From: a virus
Length of the DNA stretch: 64,000 nucleotides
Reading direction: 5' to 3' (one strand)
Virus record (IMG/VR): IMGVR_UViG_3300036780_000209
Location: 64,001-128,000 of that record
Positions 8,174-17,015 of the stretch are shown one piece after another. The notes beneath the pieces were generated by a model, which was not told the origin of the DNA, made no database searches, and worked only from the letters and a program-made list of their open reading frames with translations. The translations under genes were made by a program, and so were the position numbers. Positions within the stretch are counted from its first letter, which is position 1. Every line of letters begins with the position of its first letter.

Positions 8174-8943
8174 GCGATGATCTCCTGACCGTTCTCGACA
8201 GCCGCGAGCACCCTCTTGTACTTGGTCTCCACGGCCACGGCCAGGGCCGGGTCGAATTCCAGGTGGTATTCCCGCATCTCCCAGGGATTGCCCATGGCAA
8301 TGAAGAACACGATGAACTTCCGCAGCCCGGTGATCCGCATGTACTCCTGGGCCTGGGCGAAGTAATACGGCCACTTCCCGATGAAGAACTCCGCGTCCAT
8401 GTCCGGGGCCTTGGACAGGCTCATCGGCCGGATTGTCTTAAGGTCCCAGCCCCGGGTTCCCTCCAGGTTCAGGATGCCGTCCAGGTGCCCCCTGGAGCGC
8501 GTTACGGGGTCAATCCCGCCGTGCTCCCAGCAGTAGCCCGCCACGCCCCTCCGGACCCTCCTGGAGGCCCTGGGGAGCTTGCAGGCGGGGCACGGCTCCG
8601 CCGGGAGCGGGACGGTCACGCCGAGCTGGTCCATGGCCTCCTGGACGACCGAGTGGACCATGGTGCCGAACATCGTGGACATGATGCCGACGTAGCCCCA
8701 GTCCCGCTGCTCGACCTGGCGGCCGGTCATGTAGAGGTAGAGTTCCCGGTCGCTCATCAGCGGGTGCGTGCTGGCATGGAACCACCCGTCCGGCTGGCGG
8801 GCGGCCGACCGCGTCACCCGCAGGTCGTAGCTGAACTCGATGGACTCGTCCTGGAAGAACCTCAGCAGCAGGGGCTTGACCAGGCACCCGTCGGCGGCGA
8901 CTTTCGCCATCGCGCTCAGCCTGGTGGGCATTCCCTCAGCCAT
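8170..8943 (-). CDS. Cas4/RecB-family PD-(D/E)XK exonuclease with Cys insert
   Basis: FHAS, GTMVH, GHLDG, WDLKT, QAQEY motifs; CPAC..C insert. Confidence 0.8.
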   Translation of the reverse strand: MAEGMPTRLSAMAKVAADGCLVKPLLLRFFQDESIEFSYDLRVTRSAARQPDGWFHASTHPLMSDRELYLYMTGRQVEQRDWGYVGIMSTMFGTMVHSVVQEAMDQLGVTVPLPAEPCPACKLPRASRRVRRGVAGYCWEHGGIDPVTRSRGHLDGILNLEGTRGWDLKTIRPMSLSKAPDMDAEFFIGKWPYYFAQAQEYMRITGLRKFIVFFIAMGNPWEMREYHLEFDPALAVAVETKYKRVLAAVENGQEIIA

Positions 8944-9122
8944 TCCAGGGTGAACCTGATCCCGGTACCATCCGGTGCGACCTCGGCAGCCGTCACCCTC
9001 CCCGGGTCCTCTGCCTTCCCGAAGCGGATCACTGCCTCCTTGCCGACAACTGAGTCGAACGCACCGGGAGCGTAAGCGGTCCCCGGCGGAGCCGGGTACC
9101 AGAAGATGATCTTCGTCGTCAC
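8916..9122 (-). CDS. Small hypothetical protein
   Basis: GTGA-coupled to the upstream stop at 9119. Confidence 0.55.
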   Translation of the reverse strand: MTTKIIFWYPAPPGTAYAPGAFDSVVGKEAVIRFGKAEDPGRVTAAEVAPDGTGIRFTLEWLRECPPG

Positions 9123-9997
9123 GCCTGGCCGACCCGGGTATCGAGATTCCCGTCGATCCACAGGTCGCCGTGGCGCACGATCTTCTCGTTCACGAACAGG
9201 CGCTTGCCCTGCCCGTACGGCTCGACCCGCACGGAATCAACCTCGAAGAACGTGACGTGGCCGTCCGCCTGGTAGTACGTGCCGGCCTTCCTGTCCCCGG
9301 TCACGAAGACCGCCGTCCAGGGGAGCTGAGGGATCAGCGGCGACAGGTTGCGCTGCGGCGGGGAGACCGGGGCGGGCATGTACGGGCTTACATGCGAGGC
9401 CGGCTGCGCCGCCAGGCGTTCCTCGGCCGCGACAGCTCGCTCCTCGGCGTCCCTGGCCCGGGCGGCCTCCCCGGTCAGCTCGGCTTCCAGGCGGGCCACG
9501 TCATGCCTGAGCTGGCGGATGGCGTCGTCCTGCTCCAGGTTCTCGCCGATCAGCGTGACCCCGTCGGCGGAGACCTTGCTCAGTGCCTCCCGCAGCTCGG
9601 TGACCTGCTCATCAGTGAGCTGGGCATCAGGGGCGCTGATGATCCGGGCAGGATAGCGGGAAACGTCGATCAGCTCCGCCTCGTCGTCGAGCAGCACCAG
9701 GACCCAGTCCCGGTAGGTTCGCAGCGAGTCGTCCTCGTACCAGCGCAGCGGCATCATCGGCCGCTCGCCGGCGGCCTGCTCGGCGAGCTTGTCGAGCATC
9801 TCGGTGGTGATCGTGTGGCTCTTGGCCCGGGTGGACTTGCAGTCCCAGGCAAAGGCGAACGGCTGCTCGGTATGGTCCTGGCGGCCGTCAGCCTGGTCAG
9901 TCCACTGGCTGCCCGAGGCCTTGGTGCGCCGGCCTCCCAGCAGGGCGACGACGTGGCTCTCGTGCTTCTCCGCCATCTTCATGCGGTCGATGGTCAT
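9119..9997 (-). CDS. Hjc-like PD-(D/E)XK resolvase with coiled-coil and C-terminal beta domain
   Basis: KHE..V..LGGRRTKASGS..ADG..WDCKST; ATGA coupling with the recA stop. Confidence 0.7.
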   Translation of the reverse strand: MTIDRMKMAEKHESHVVALLGGRRTKASGSQWTDQADGRQDHTEQPFAFAWDCKSTRAKSHTITTEMLDKLAEQAAGERPMMPLRWYEDDSLRTYRDWVLVLLDDEAELIDVSRYPARIISAPDAQLTDEQVTELREALSKVSADGVTLIGENLEQDDAIRQLRHDVARLEAELTGEAARARDAEERAVAAEERLAAQPASHVSPYMPAPVSPPQRNLSPLIPQLPWTAVFVTGDRKAGTYYQADGHVTFFEVDSVRVEPYGQGKRLFVNEKIVRHGDLWIDGNLDTRVGQA

Positions 9998-11049
9998 GCT
10001 GATGCTCCCTCGAAGATCTTCTGCCGGACGTTTTCCAGCAGCTCGGGCCGCTCTGCCAGGAGGGAAACCATGGCCTCCCGGCCGTTGACCCTGTCCGCTC
10101 CCGGAACCGTGTAGTAAGAGCCAGCGCGCTCGATCGCCCCGCTGCGGACCCCGATTGTGGCATACTCGTCCGCCACGTTGATCCCGGCCTCGCCCCACTT
10201 CTCGGTGTCCCGGTTACTGACCCAGAACTCGGCGACAGCGCCGGGAGCAGCTACCTTGGAGCGCTCCACGTGAGCCTTGAAGCAGACCGAGACGATCTCC
10301 TCGGTGCCGTCGAATTTCAGCTTCTTCGGCTCCCTGCCGTCCCCGCCCATCCGGGCCATCCGGACCTTCGTCGTGGTGGCGTGCTGCATGGCCTTCGGGC
10401 CGGCCGACACGTCCGAAAGGGCCATCGAGCTGATCACGACGCGGAGCTGGTTGATCAGCAGCACCGTGGTGGAGGTCTGGCTGGCCAGGCTGGCCACGTG
10501 CTTGACCATGCGGGTGATGACCTGGGCATTCTTGCCGACCATCTCCTTGTCAGCATCGCGGATCTCGTCTTCCTTGCCCTTGCCGCCGTAAAGCGCCTTG
10601 GCGCTCTCCATGCCGCCGATCGAGTCCACCGTGGCCATCGAGTAGAATCCCGACCGGACGCACTCGCGGAGCATGTCACTGGCCTCCTCGGAGGTCTCGG
10701 GCCGCAGGTGCACCCAGTGGTCCGGGTCCGTCAGCAGGCCCATCTTCCAGGCCCAGTCATAGCTCCAGGTCTTCTCCATGTCCACGAAGGCAACGGCCAG
10801 GCCCGGGTAGGCGAGCTGCTGCTGCACCATCGAGTAGATGGCGATCAGCGTCTTGGCCGAGTCCGGTGCCCCGACCAGCTCGTGGATGCCGCCGCGCTTC
10901 CAGCCCCCGACCCGCAGCGCGTAGTCGAGGGTGAGCGACCCGGTGGACACCACCTCGATCTTCTGCTGCGGAGCCTGGACCATCCGGTCCCCGTAGGCGG
11001 TGCCGAGCTTGTCGCGGAACTGGCTCAGGTTCGTCATCTTCGGTGGCAT
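9994..11049 (-). CDS. recA: RecA/UvsX-family recombinase
   Basis: STGSLTLDYALRVGG..G..ELVG, AFVDME, VDSIG, LINQLR, KVAAP, GAIERAGSYY. Confidence 0.93.
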   Translation of the reverse strand: MPPKMTNLSQFRDKLGTAYGDRMVQAPQQKIEVVSTGSLTLDYALRVGGWKRGGIHELVGAPDSAKTLIAIYSMVQQQLAYPGLAVAFVDMEKTWSYDWAWKMGLLTDPDHWVHLRPETSEEASDMLRECVRSGFYSMATVDSIGGMESAKALYGGKGKEDEIRDADKEMVGKNAQVITRMVKHVASLASQTSTTVLLINQLRVVISSMALSDVSAGPKAMQHATTTKVRMARMGGDGREPKKLKFDGTEEIVSVCFKAHVERSKVAAPGAVAEFWVSNRDTEKWGEAGINVADEYATIGVRSGAIERAGSYYTVPGADRVNGREAMVSLLAERPELLENVRQKIFEGASA

Positions 11050-14000
11050 TTACCCTCCCATCAGCAGGATGTCATCAAGCCGCCACGAGGTGCGGGCGGT
11101 GCCGTCCTGGAAGTAGCGGCTCTTCCGGACGGTGGCCAGAACCAGGGAACCGGGGCGCAGGAAGCGCACGGCCGTGGTCAGGTCAGGCTCATCATCACGC
11201 CTCGGCTGGAAGACCGCCACGTCCAGCGAGGACACCTCGCTCACCAGGCTGAGCCAGTACATGGTGCCTCCCTTGCGGGTCCGGGCCGCGTGAGCGCCGC
11301 CCGCTACCGCGAGCATCGGGTACGAGCCAGGCTGAGCGCCGGGCAGCATCAGGGCAATGTCCCGGGCCTGCGCCCGGGTGCCGGCCCCGAACCTCTCCAT
11401 CAGGCCGAACACCGAGTCCGACATCCAGCACCCGAAGATCTCGGAATCCAGCCGGAACAGGTCCTGCGGGGAGTACTCCGGGATCATGGACAGGTCCGTC
11501 ACGCCGGGAGGCGTGTAATGCCTGCAGGCCCGGGTGCAGCGCCTGGGCAGCGGCTTGGGCTTGGATTTCAGCTCCCTGCCGGTCTTCTCGCTGATCCGGA
11601 TCGGCACCGGCTCGGTGCTCCAGTTGAAGTGGCACGGCAGCCCCCCGGGGCCGCTGAACCCGTCTTCCTTGTGAACGCACTTCGTGGACTCCCCGGTCCG
11701 GTCTGCCTCCAGGGCCTGCACGACCCCCCTGCGGCTGATCACCAGGGCATCGAGCGCCCCGGACCGGGCCAGGGCATAGAGGACGCCACTGTCCACCTTC
11801 GAGCGCGTGATGAAGTCATCGTAGGAGCTGTACGGCTGCCCGGCCTGGATATCCCGGAGGGCAGCCGGGCCGATGCCCTTGATCGAGGAGAGGCCATAGC
11901 GGACGCCCAGGCCCTCCGGGAGGAAGCTCCCCCCGCAGAACCGCGCATCCGGCGGCAGGATGGTCAGTCCCATCCGGCGGGCGTCAGTCGCATATTCCGG
12001 CATGCGGTCCTTGTCCTTGAGCGTGGAAAGGATCGCGGTGAATGTCTCCACCGGGTAGTGGGCTTTCAGCCATGCAGTCTGGAATGCCAGCACCGCGTAA
12101 CTAACGGAATGGCTCTTGTTGAATCCGTACCTGGCGTACTCCGCCATCTTGTCCCAGATTTCCTGGGCCTTTTCCTGATCAACTCCGTTACTGATGCAAC
12201 GCGAGACGAATTTCTCTCCGGCCGGGCCTATCTTCTCGACCTTCTTCTTCCCGAGAATCTGCCGTACCTCGTCAGCCTCAGCCGAGTCGTAACCTGCCAG
12301 GAGACGGCAGGCTGCCATTACGTCTTCCTGGAACAGCATGATCCCGAAGCGGCTCGAAAGCGTTTCCTCCAGTCGCTCGTGAAGGAAATCGACTTCCTCT
12401 GTCCCGGCCCGGCGGCGGTAATACGACTCCGCCATCCCGGAATTTCGCGGGCCGGGCCGGACGAGAGCCACCAGGTCGGCCAGGTCGGCAATCGAGCGGG
12501 GGCGCATCCGGCGGCAGCCCTGCTGGCCGAGGCTCGTCTCCACCTGGAACATGCCGAGGGTGTGGCCCGACCCGACCTCATCCCAGACCAGCGGGTCGTC
12601 ATACTCGCCGTCCCAGGCGGACACGTCGATCTCCGCGCCGGTTCGCTCGCGGATCAGGTTAACCGCCATCTGCACCGAGTCGAGGGTGCGGATCGTCAGG
12701 AAGTCGAGCTTGAGCATCCCCAGGATGTCGAGGGTCCGGTAGCCCCACTGGCTGATCAGGATGCCCCCCTCCCCGGCCCTCATGGGGAGCTGGCCCTCCA
12801 GGGGGCGGCTCGTGCTGATCACCAGGCCCGCCGGGTGCTTGCCGTAGCTGTTGAGGCGTCCCACGAGCTGCGAGGCATACCCGAAGATGCCGGGGTACTT
12901 GGCGACGTAGGGAGCCAGCAGCTCTTCCTGCTGCTCCATCAGCTCGTCCCAGGGCATGCCCAGGCCGGCCGTGTGGCTCTCCGCCTCGTCGATGATCGAG
13001 GCAATCTGGCGCGAGTCGTCGAACCATTCCTGCGGCAGCTTGTCCCCCATGATCGAGAAGAGCTTGTTCAGCACCCCCTTGCTTCGGTACCGCAGGTGGG
13101 TGCCCACCCGGACCACCTTGTCGGCCCCGTACTTGCCGATCACGTAGTCCTGGATCATGTCCCGCGCCGAGCTGGGGAAGTCCATGTCGAAGTCAGGAAG
13201 CGACGTGCGGCCGGGGGTGACGAAGCGCTCGAACATCAGCCCGTGCTGAACGGGATCCACCGAGGTGATGCGCAGCAGGTAGGCCATCAGGCTGCCCGCA
13301 GCCGAGCCCCGGAACCCCACCAGGATGCCCTGGCTGCGAGCCCACTGGCACACGTCATTGACGATCAGGTAGCACCCGGCAAGCTGCTTCTCGGCGACCA
13401 GCTTCCACTCGCTCTCCAGCCGGTCCAGGTACACGCGGGCCGGAGCGCTCTTCATCGGGCGGGCGGCCCAGGCCTCCATGCACAGGTCGAGCAGCATGGA
13501 GGCGTCCTGGCGGGCTGAGCTGGTGAAGACGGGCGGGTCGGCGTGGCCGCCGATCCGGGCATTGCACATCTCGGCGATCTCGGCGGCGTTCCTGACGGAC
13601 CGGTCCGCGACCTCCGGGCCGAGGTAAGCCAGTGCCTGGCGCGTCTCCTGCTCGGTGTGCATGTGGACGTAATGCCAGAAGTCATCGTTGGCCGGGCTCG
13701 TCTGGCAGGCCATCCAGAGGCGGTGGGTATCGGTCTTGTCGGCCGTGGTGAAGTGCGAGTCCGCCGCCGCGACCAGGGGGATGCCCATGCCGTCGCTGAT
13801 CGAGGCAAGCATCTTGTTCAGCTTGACCTGCTCGGGCAGCGCATTGGTCTGCAGCTCCAGGTAGAAGCGGTCGCCGAGGATCTCGCGGAGCCGGGTGATG
13901 CGCTGGAAGGCCCCCTCGAAATTGCTGCTGAGGAGCTGGCGGGAGACCAGGCCGCCGAGGCAGCCGCTGGTGACGATCAGGCGGCTGCCATAGCGCTCCA

Positions 14001-14388
14001 GCAGCTCGTAATCGAGCCGGGGCTTGTGGTAGAAGCCGCTGACCGACGCCTCGGTGGAGGCCGCCCACAGGTCGTGCAGCCCCTGGTCATCCATGGCCAG
14101 CATGACCAGGTGCCGGTTATCCCGCAGTGCCTGCTGGGCGGTCTTGTCCGCCGGAGCGGGCCGCAGCGTCCGGTCAGGGACGAAATAGCCCTCCATCCCG
14201 AAGACCGGCTTTATCCCGGCCTTGTCGCACTCCTGCTGATGCTCCGGGTGGCCCGCGCAATTGCCGTGGTCAGTGATCGCCACAGCCGGGTTCCCGTCGG
14301 CAGCAGCCTGGGCCACCACTTCGGCAACGGTGGACAAACCATCCAAAGCACTATATTCGGTGTGCGTATGAAGATGAGCGAATGCCAT
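11050..14388 (-). CDS. dnaE: DNA polymerase III alpha subunit (PHP + polymerase + HhH + OB)
   Basis: HLHTHTEYSALDG, ITDHG, RGSAAGS, FERF, PDFDMDF, GKHPAG, KLDFL, GFNKSHSVSY. Confidence 0.97.
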   Translation of the reverse strand: MAFAHLHTHTEYSALDGLSTVAEVVAQAAADGNPAVAITDHGNCAGHPEHQQECDKAGIKPVFGMEGYFVPDRTLRPAPADKTAQQALRDNRHLVMLAMDDQGLHDLWAASTEASVSGFYHKPRLDYELLERYGSRLIVTSGCLGGLVSRQLLSSNFEGAFQRITRLREILGDRFYLELQTNALPEQVKLNKMLASISDGMGIPLVAAADSHFTTADKTDTHRLWMACQTSPANDDFWHYVHMHTEQETRQALAYLGPEVADRSVRNAAEIAEMCNARIGGHADPPVFTSSARQDASMLLDLCMEAWAARPMKSAPARVYLDRLESEWKLVAEKQLAGCYLIVNDVCQWARSQGILVGFRGSAAGSLMAYLLRITSVDPVQHGLMFERFVTPGRTSLPDFDMDFPSSARDMIQDYVIGKYGADKVVRVGTHLRYRSKGVLNKLFSIMGDKLPQEWFDDSRQIASIIDEAESHTAGLGMPWDELMEQQEELLAPYVAKYPGIFGYASQLVGRLNSYGKHPAGLVISTSRPLEGQLPMRAGEGGILISQWGYRTLDILGMLKLDFLTIRTLDSVQMAVNLIRERTGAEIDVSAWDGEYDDPLVWDEVGSGHTLGMFQVETSLGQQGCRRMRPRSIADLADLVALVRPGPRNSGMAESYYRRRAGTEEVDFLHERLEETLSSRFGIMLFQEDVMAACRLLAGYDSAEADEVRQILGKKKVEKIGPAGEKFVSRCISNGVDQEKAQEIWDKMAEYARYGFNKSHSVSYAVLAFQTAWLKAHYPVETFTAILSTLKDKDRMPEYATDARRMGLTILPPDARFCGGSFLPEGLGVRYGLSSIKGIGPAALRDIQAGQPYSSYDDFITRSKVDSGVLYALARSGALDALVISRRGVVQALEADRTGESTKCVHKEDGFSGPGGLPCHFNWSTEPVPIRISEKTGRELKSKPKPLPRRCTRACRHYTPPGVTDLSMIPEYSPQDLFRLDSEIFGCWMSDSVFGLMERFGAGTRAQARDIALMLPGAQPGSYPMLAVAGGAHAARTRKGGTMYWLSLVSEVSSLDVAVFQPRRDDEPDLTTAVRFLRPGSLVLATVRKSRYFQDGTARTSWRLDDILLMGG

Positions 14389-14409
14389 CTGCTCCTCCAG
14401 GAGGAAGTA

Positions 14410-14505
14410 CCGGGCCGCGCCACGGGCACGAGTCAGGCCGGGGGCATCGCCCCCCAGCTACGCCGCGCCGGCCGGGGAGACCCGTGCGCCGATGGCGCGG
14501 CCCGG
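14410..14505 (-). other. Long branched stem-loop in the ssb-dnaE gap
   Basis: CCGGGCCGCGCCA/TGGCGCGGCCCGG outer stem, GCACGGGTC/GACTCGTGC inner stem, GCTGGGGG/CCCCCGGC hairpin. Confidence 0.6.
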
Positions 14506-14510
14506 AGCTT

Positions 14511-15428
14511 TCAGGAGGAGGAGGGTGCGCTGGCCGCGTCCTGCAGCCGCGTCTTGAAGGCGTCGAGCTTGGCCTGATCGACTTCCGCGCCAGACTCAGG
14601 GTCGGACGCAGCGGCATGCACCTCAGCGCCGCCATCGCCGTCGGTGAAGTCACCGGGGACGAAGAACCGGCGGTAGTACTCGGCAGATGCCTGCTCGACG
14701 ACGGAGGCGAAGATATCGATCTTCATGACCTCCATGGCGTCGGTATACGTCTTCCAGGAAGGAGTGCCCGGCGCATGGTCCGCCGTCGGGGGAAGCGGGG
14801 TGATGATGTAGTCGTTGACCTGCCGGGCGATCCGCCAGTCCTTGTTGACGACGGTGTTGTCCAGGAACGCGCCGGCCTTCATGGCGGAGAAGAAGTTGCC
14901 CCACCGCTGGCTGATGACGCGGAACGCCGGCACGCGGTGCTTCGAGCCCTTGGCGTCCGACCATTCCTCGGTGACATCACGCATGGCGACGATCGCGCCC
15001 GCATCGTTGGTGACGGGCTCGCGCAGGACGCAGAGCGCGAACACCATCGGGGCGGCGTTGGACTTGGGCTTGTTGTACCGGTCGAGCACGCCGGCCATGT
15101 TCTCGTGAATCCAGCAGTGGCCCATCCCGGCCTCGTAGGTCGCGGGCTCGACGGGCTTGCCGGCCTCATCATAGATGAGGAACATCGGGTCGTTCTGGCA
15201 GGTCGCCGACATCAGCGCGGGCCACTTGCCGGTGTACCCGGAGGGCTGGTTCTTGGTGGGGATCGCCGGGTGGGTATCGGCGTTCACCCAGTCCGCGCAG
15301 TCATCGATCATGCGGACGTAGACCGGGGGATCCCCGTCCTTGATCCGGAGGAACTCAACGCGGCCCGCGCCGCCGGTCTTGGCGGACTGCTCGGCCTGCT
15401 CTGCGCCCTTGCGTGCGACTGGCATCAT
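14511..15428 (-). CDS. Probable single-stranded DNA-binding protein (gp32-like)
   Basis: EFLRIKDGD..VRMI..H..C..C pattern, acidic flexible C-terminus, position next to dnaE. Confidence 0.55.
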   Translation of the reverse strand: MMPVARKGAEQAEQSAKTGGAGRVEFLRIKDGDPPVYVRMIDDCADWVNADTHPAIPTKNQPSGYTGKWPALMSATCQNDPMFLIYDEAGKPVEPATYEAGMGHCWIHENMAGVLDRYNKPKSNAAPMVFALCVLREPVTNDAGAIVAMRDVTEEWSDAKGSKHRVPAFRVISQRWGNFFSAMKAGAFLDNTVVNKDWRIARQVNDYIITPLPPTADHAPGTPSWKTYTDAMEVMKIDIFASVVEQASAEYYRRFFVPGDFTDGDGGAEVHAAASDPESGAEVDQAKLDAFKTRLQDAASAPSSS

Positions 15429-16363
15429 TCACCTCGTATGCTCTTGGAGCCCTTGTACCCGTTAACGGCCTCAGTTGCCAGGGTGGGTGTGGGTGGCTCG
15501 TTGTTAGCGAGAAAGACGATACACAAGTTGCTGCTGGTGCGCCAGAGACGGAAGTGTTTTCCTGCAAAGAATCCGACGGCGAACTGAACCTGCAGGTCAG
15601 CGGCACTGAACGCCTCGATGAGCATCTGCTGCCAGGGGCCGAGCACCTCGCCAGGGCGGCGCGGCAGCGTCGCGCCCTCCATCATGTACCAGCCCCACCT
15701 GGTCTCCCATTCCGAGATCGTCGAGCCCAGGGCGGAAGCGGGATCAGCATCCTGCGGGGGCTCCTCGTCCATGACCCGGCCAGACGCGTCGGTGCTCCCG
15801 CGCGCCGCCATGATGTAGCCCCGCTCGGTGAGCACGGATACGTAATCCACCGCGTGGCCGCTGCGCTCCGTCCTCCTGGCAGCCTCGCGGGCCGCCTCGC
15901 GCCGGAGCGCCTCCCTGCCCTCGTCATCGAGCCAGTCGCCATCCAGGGGGACCGCGTCATAGGCCTGGCGGATCCGGTCGTTGATGAGCTGCTTGAAGGC
16001 GTAAGTGAGGTGCTCGTCCTCCGGCCCCCCGGCTGCTGCGTACGCATCCCGCAGCTCGGCCCTGGTGGCCGTCCAGGGCACTCCCAGGCGGGCATAGTAG
16101 CCGCGAACGTCCCAGGAGTGAGACGGCCATGGCTGGAGGGCCGTAGAGCTGGAGCACGCCGCCGGGCCGCCGCCCCTCAGGTCGATGAGCGCCTCCCTGA
16201 CCACCTCCGGCGGCCGGGTGACCGTCGTGGTCCAGCGGTCCGGGGCCTCCGGGTCCGGGGTCACCCAGAATGCACTGTTGGCACTCCGCAGGATGCGCAG
16301 GTAATGCTGGACGTAGCGCTCGCCGAGCAGCTCGTCCAGTTGCAGGTCCTGGCCGGACGGCAA
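15425..16363 (-). CDS. J-domain-like protein lacking the HPD motif
   Basis: GYYARLGVPWTATRAELRDAY..LTYAFKQLINDRIRQAYD; TTG start uncertain. Confidence 0.7.
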   Translation of the reverse strand: MPSGQDLQLDELLGERYVQHYLRILRSANSAFWVTPDPEAPDRWTTTVTRPPEVVREALIDLRGGGPAACSSSTALQPWPSHSWDVRGYYARLGVPWTATRAELRDAYAAAGGPEDEHLTYAFKQLINDRIRQAYDAVPLDGDWLDDEGREALRREAAREAARRTERSGHAVDYVSVLTERGYIMAARGSTDASGRVMDEEPPQDADPASALGSTISEWETRWGWYMMEGATLPRRPGEVLGPWQQMLIEAFSAADLQVQFAVGFFAGKHFRLWRTSSNLCIVFLANNEPPTPTLATEAVNGYKGSKSIRGE

Positions 16364-16930
16364 TTACTCGTCCTGGTCGGCGGCCGTGTTCTCGTCGGCC
16401 AGGGCTGTCTCGTCCGAACCGTCCCAGGTGTCGGCCGAGCCTTCCTTGACCAGGGCTTCATCCGGCCCGTCGCCCTCGACTCCCAGTACCGCGCCTGTCA
16501 CCGCGCCTGTCTTTCGGATGCTCATGTTTTCCCCTTCGCTTTCCTCGTCATCGTACAGATCATCATCACCGATGGCCACGAGCTGATATTCCGGGCCAGG
16601 AGACGACACCTCTTCCATCCAGGTGAAACTGCACGTGATGCATCTCTTGCAGAGGTGCTCTCCCAGGGTCTCGATGCCCAGGGCATAGGCATTGATCGTC
16701 AGGGAATAACACGGGAATGCAGGATGGCTCTGCTGAATTACCCCGCGAGAATGATAGAACACGTCCGTCCGGTCCCCCGCGCATTTAGCGCATACTGCCA
16801 TAGGATCATTACGCATAAATGCCAGGCGCTTTTTACCCCCTGCGGCCACCGGGGGCGCTGTGTTTTCCGGGAGCGCAGGGGCTGCTTCGAGGGCAGGCCG
16901 CTCTGAGATGGTCATATAACTCTCCGTCAC
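16364..16930 (-). CDS. Hypothetical Zn-ribbon protein with acidic C-terminal part
   Basis: CAKC..CKRCITC; internal SD-like purines plus ATG at 16525. Confidence 0.55.
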   Translation of the reverse strand: MTESYMTISERPALEAAPALPENTAPPVAAGGKKRLAFMRNDPMAVCAKCAGDRTDVFYHSRGVIQQSHPAFPCYSLTINAYALGIETLGEHLCKRCITCSFTWMEEVSSPGPEYQLVAIGDDDLYDDEESEGENMSIRKTGAVTGAVLGVEGDGPDEALVKEGSADTWDGSDETALADENTAADQDE

Positions 16931-17015
16931 ATCTTGGATACACGCGTCCTGAGTTCAGCTCATTATGGGAATCCAGCGCCCCACTGCGCCCCTGCGCCCC
17001 CGATGATCTTGTAAG

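Noticed and set aside
10270-13518. 1082-aa plus-strand ORF, and similar long ORFs at 173-1261, 2456-4555, 17073-19601, 61613-63277 and minus 30309-32168
   Set aside because: Same-register antisense shadows of clearly identified genes in GC-rich DNA; no motifs of their own.
16974-17001. Three short GCGCCCC direct repeats after the primase as origin iterons
   Set aside because: Short, GC-only and irregularly spaced; plausible by chance at this GC content.
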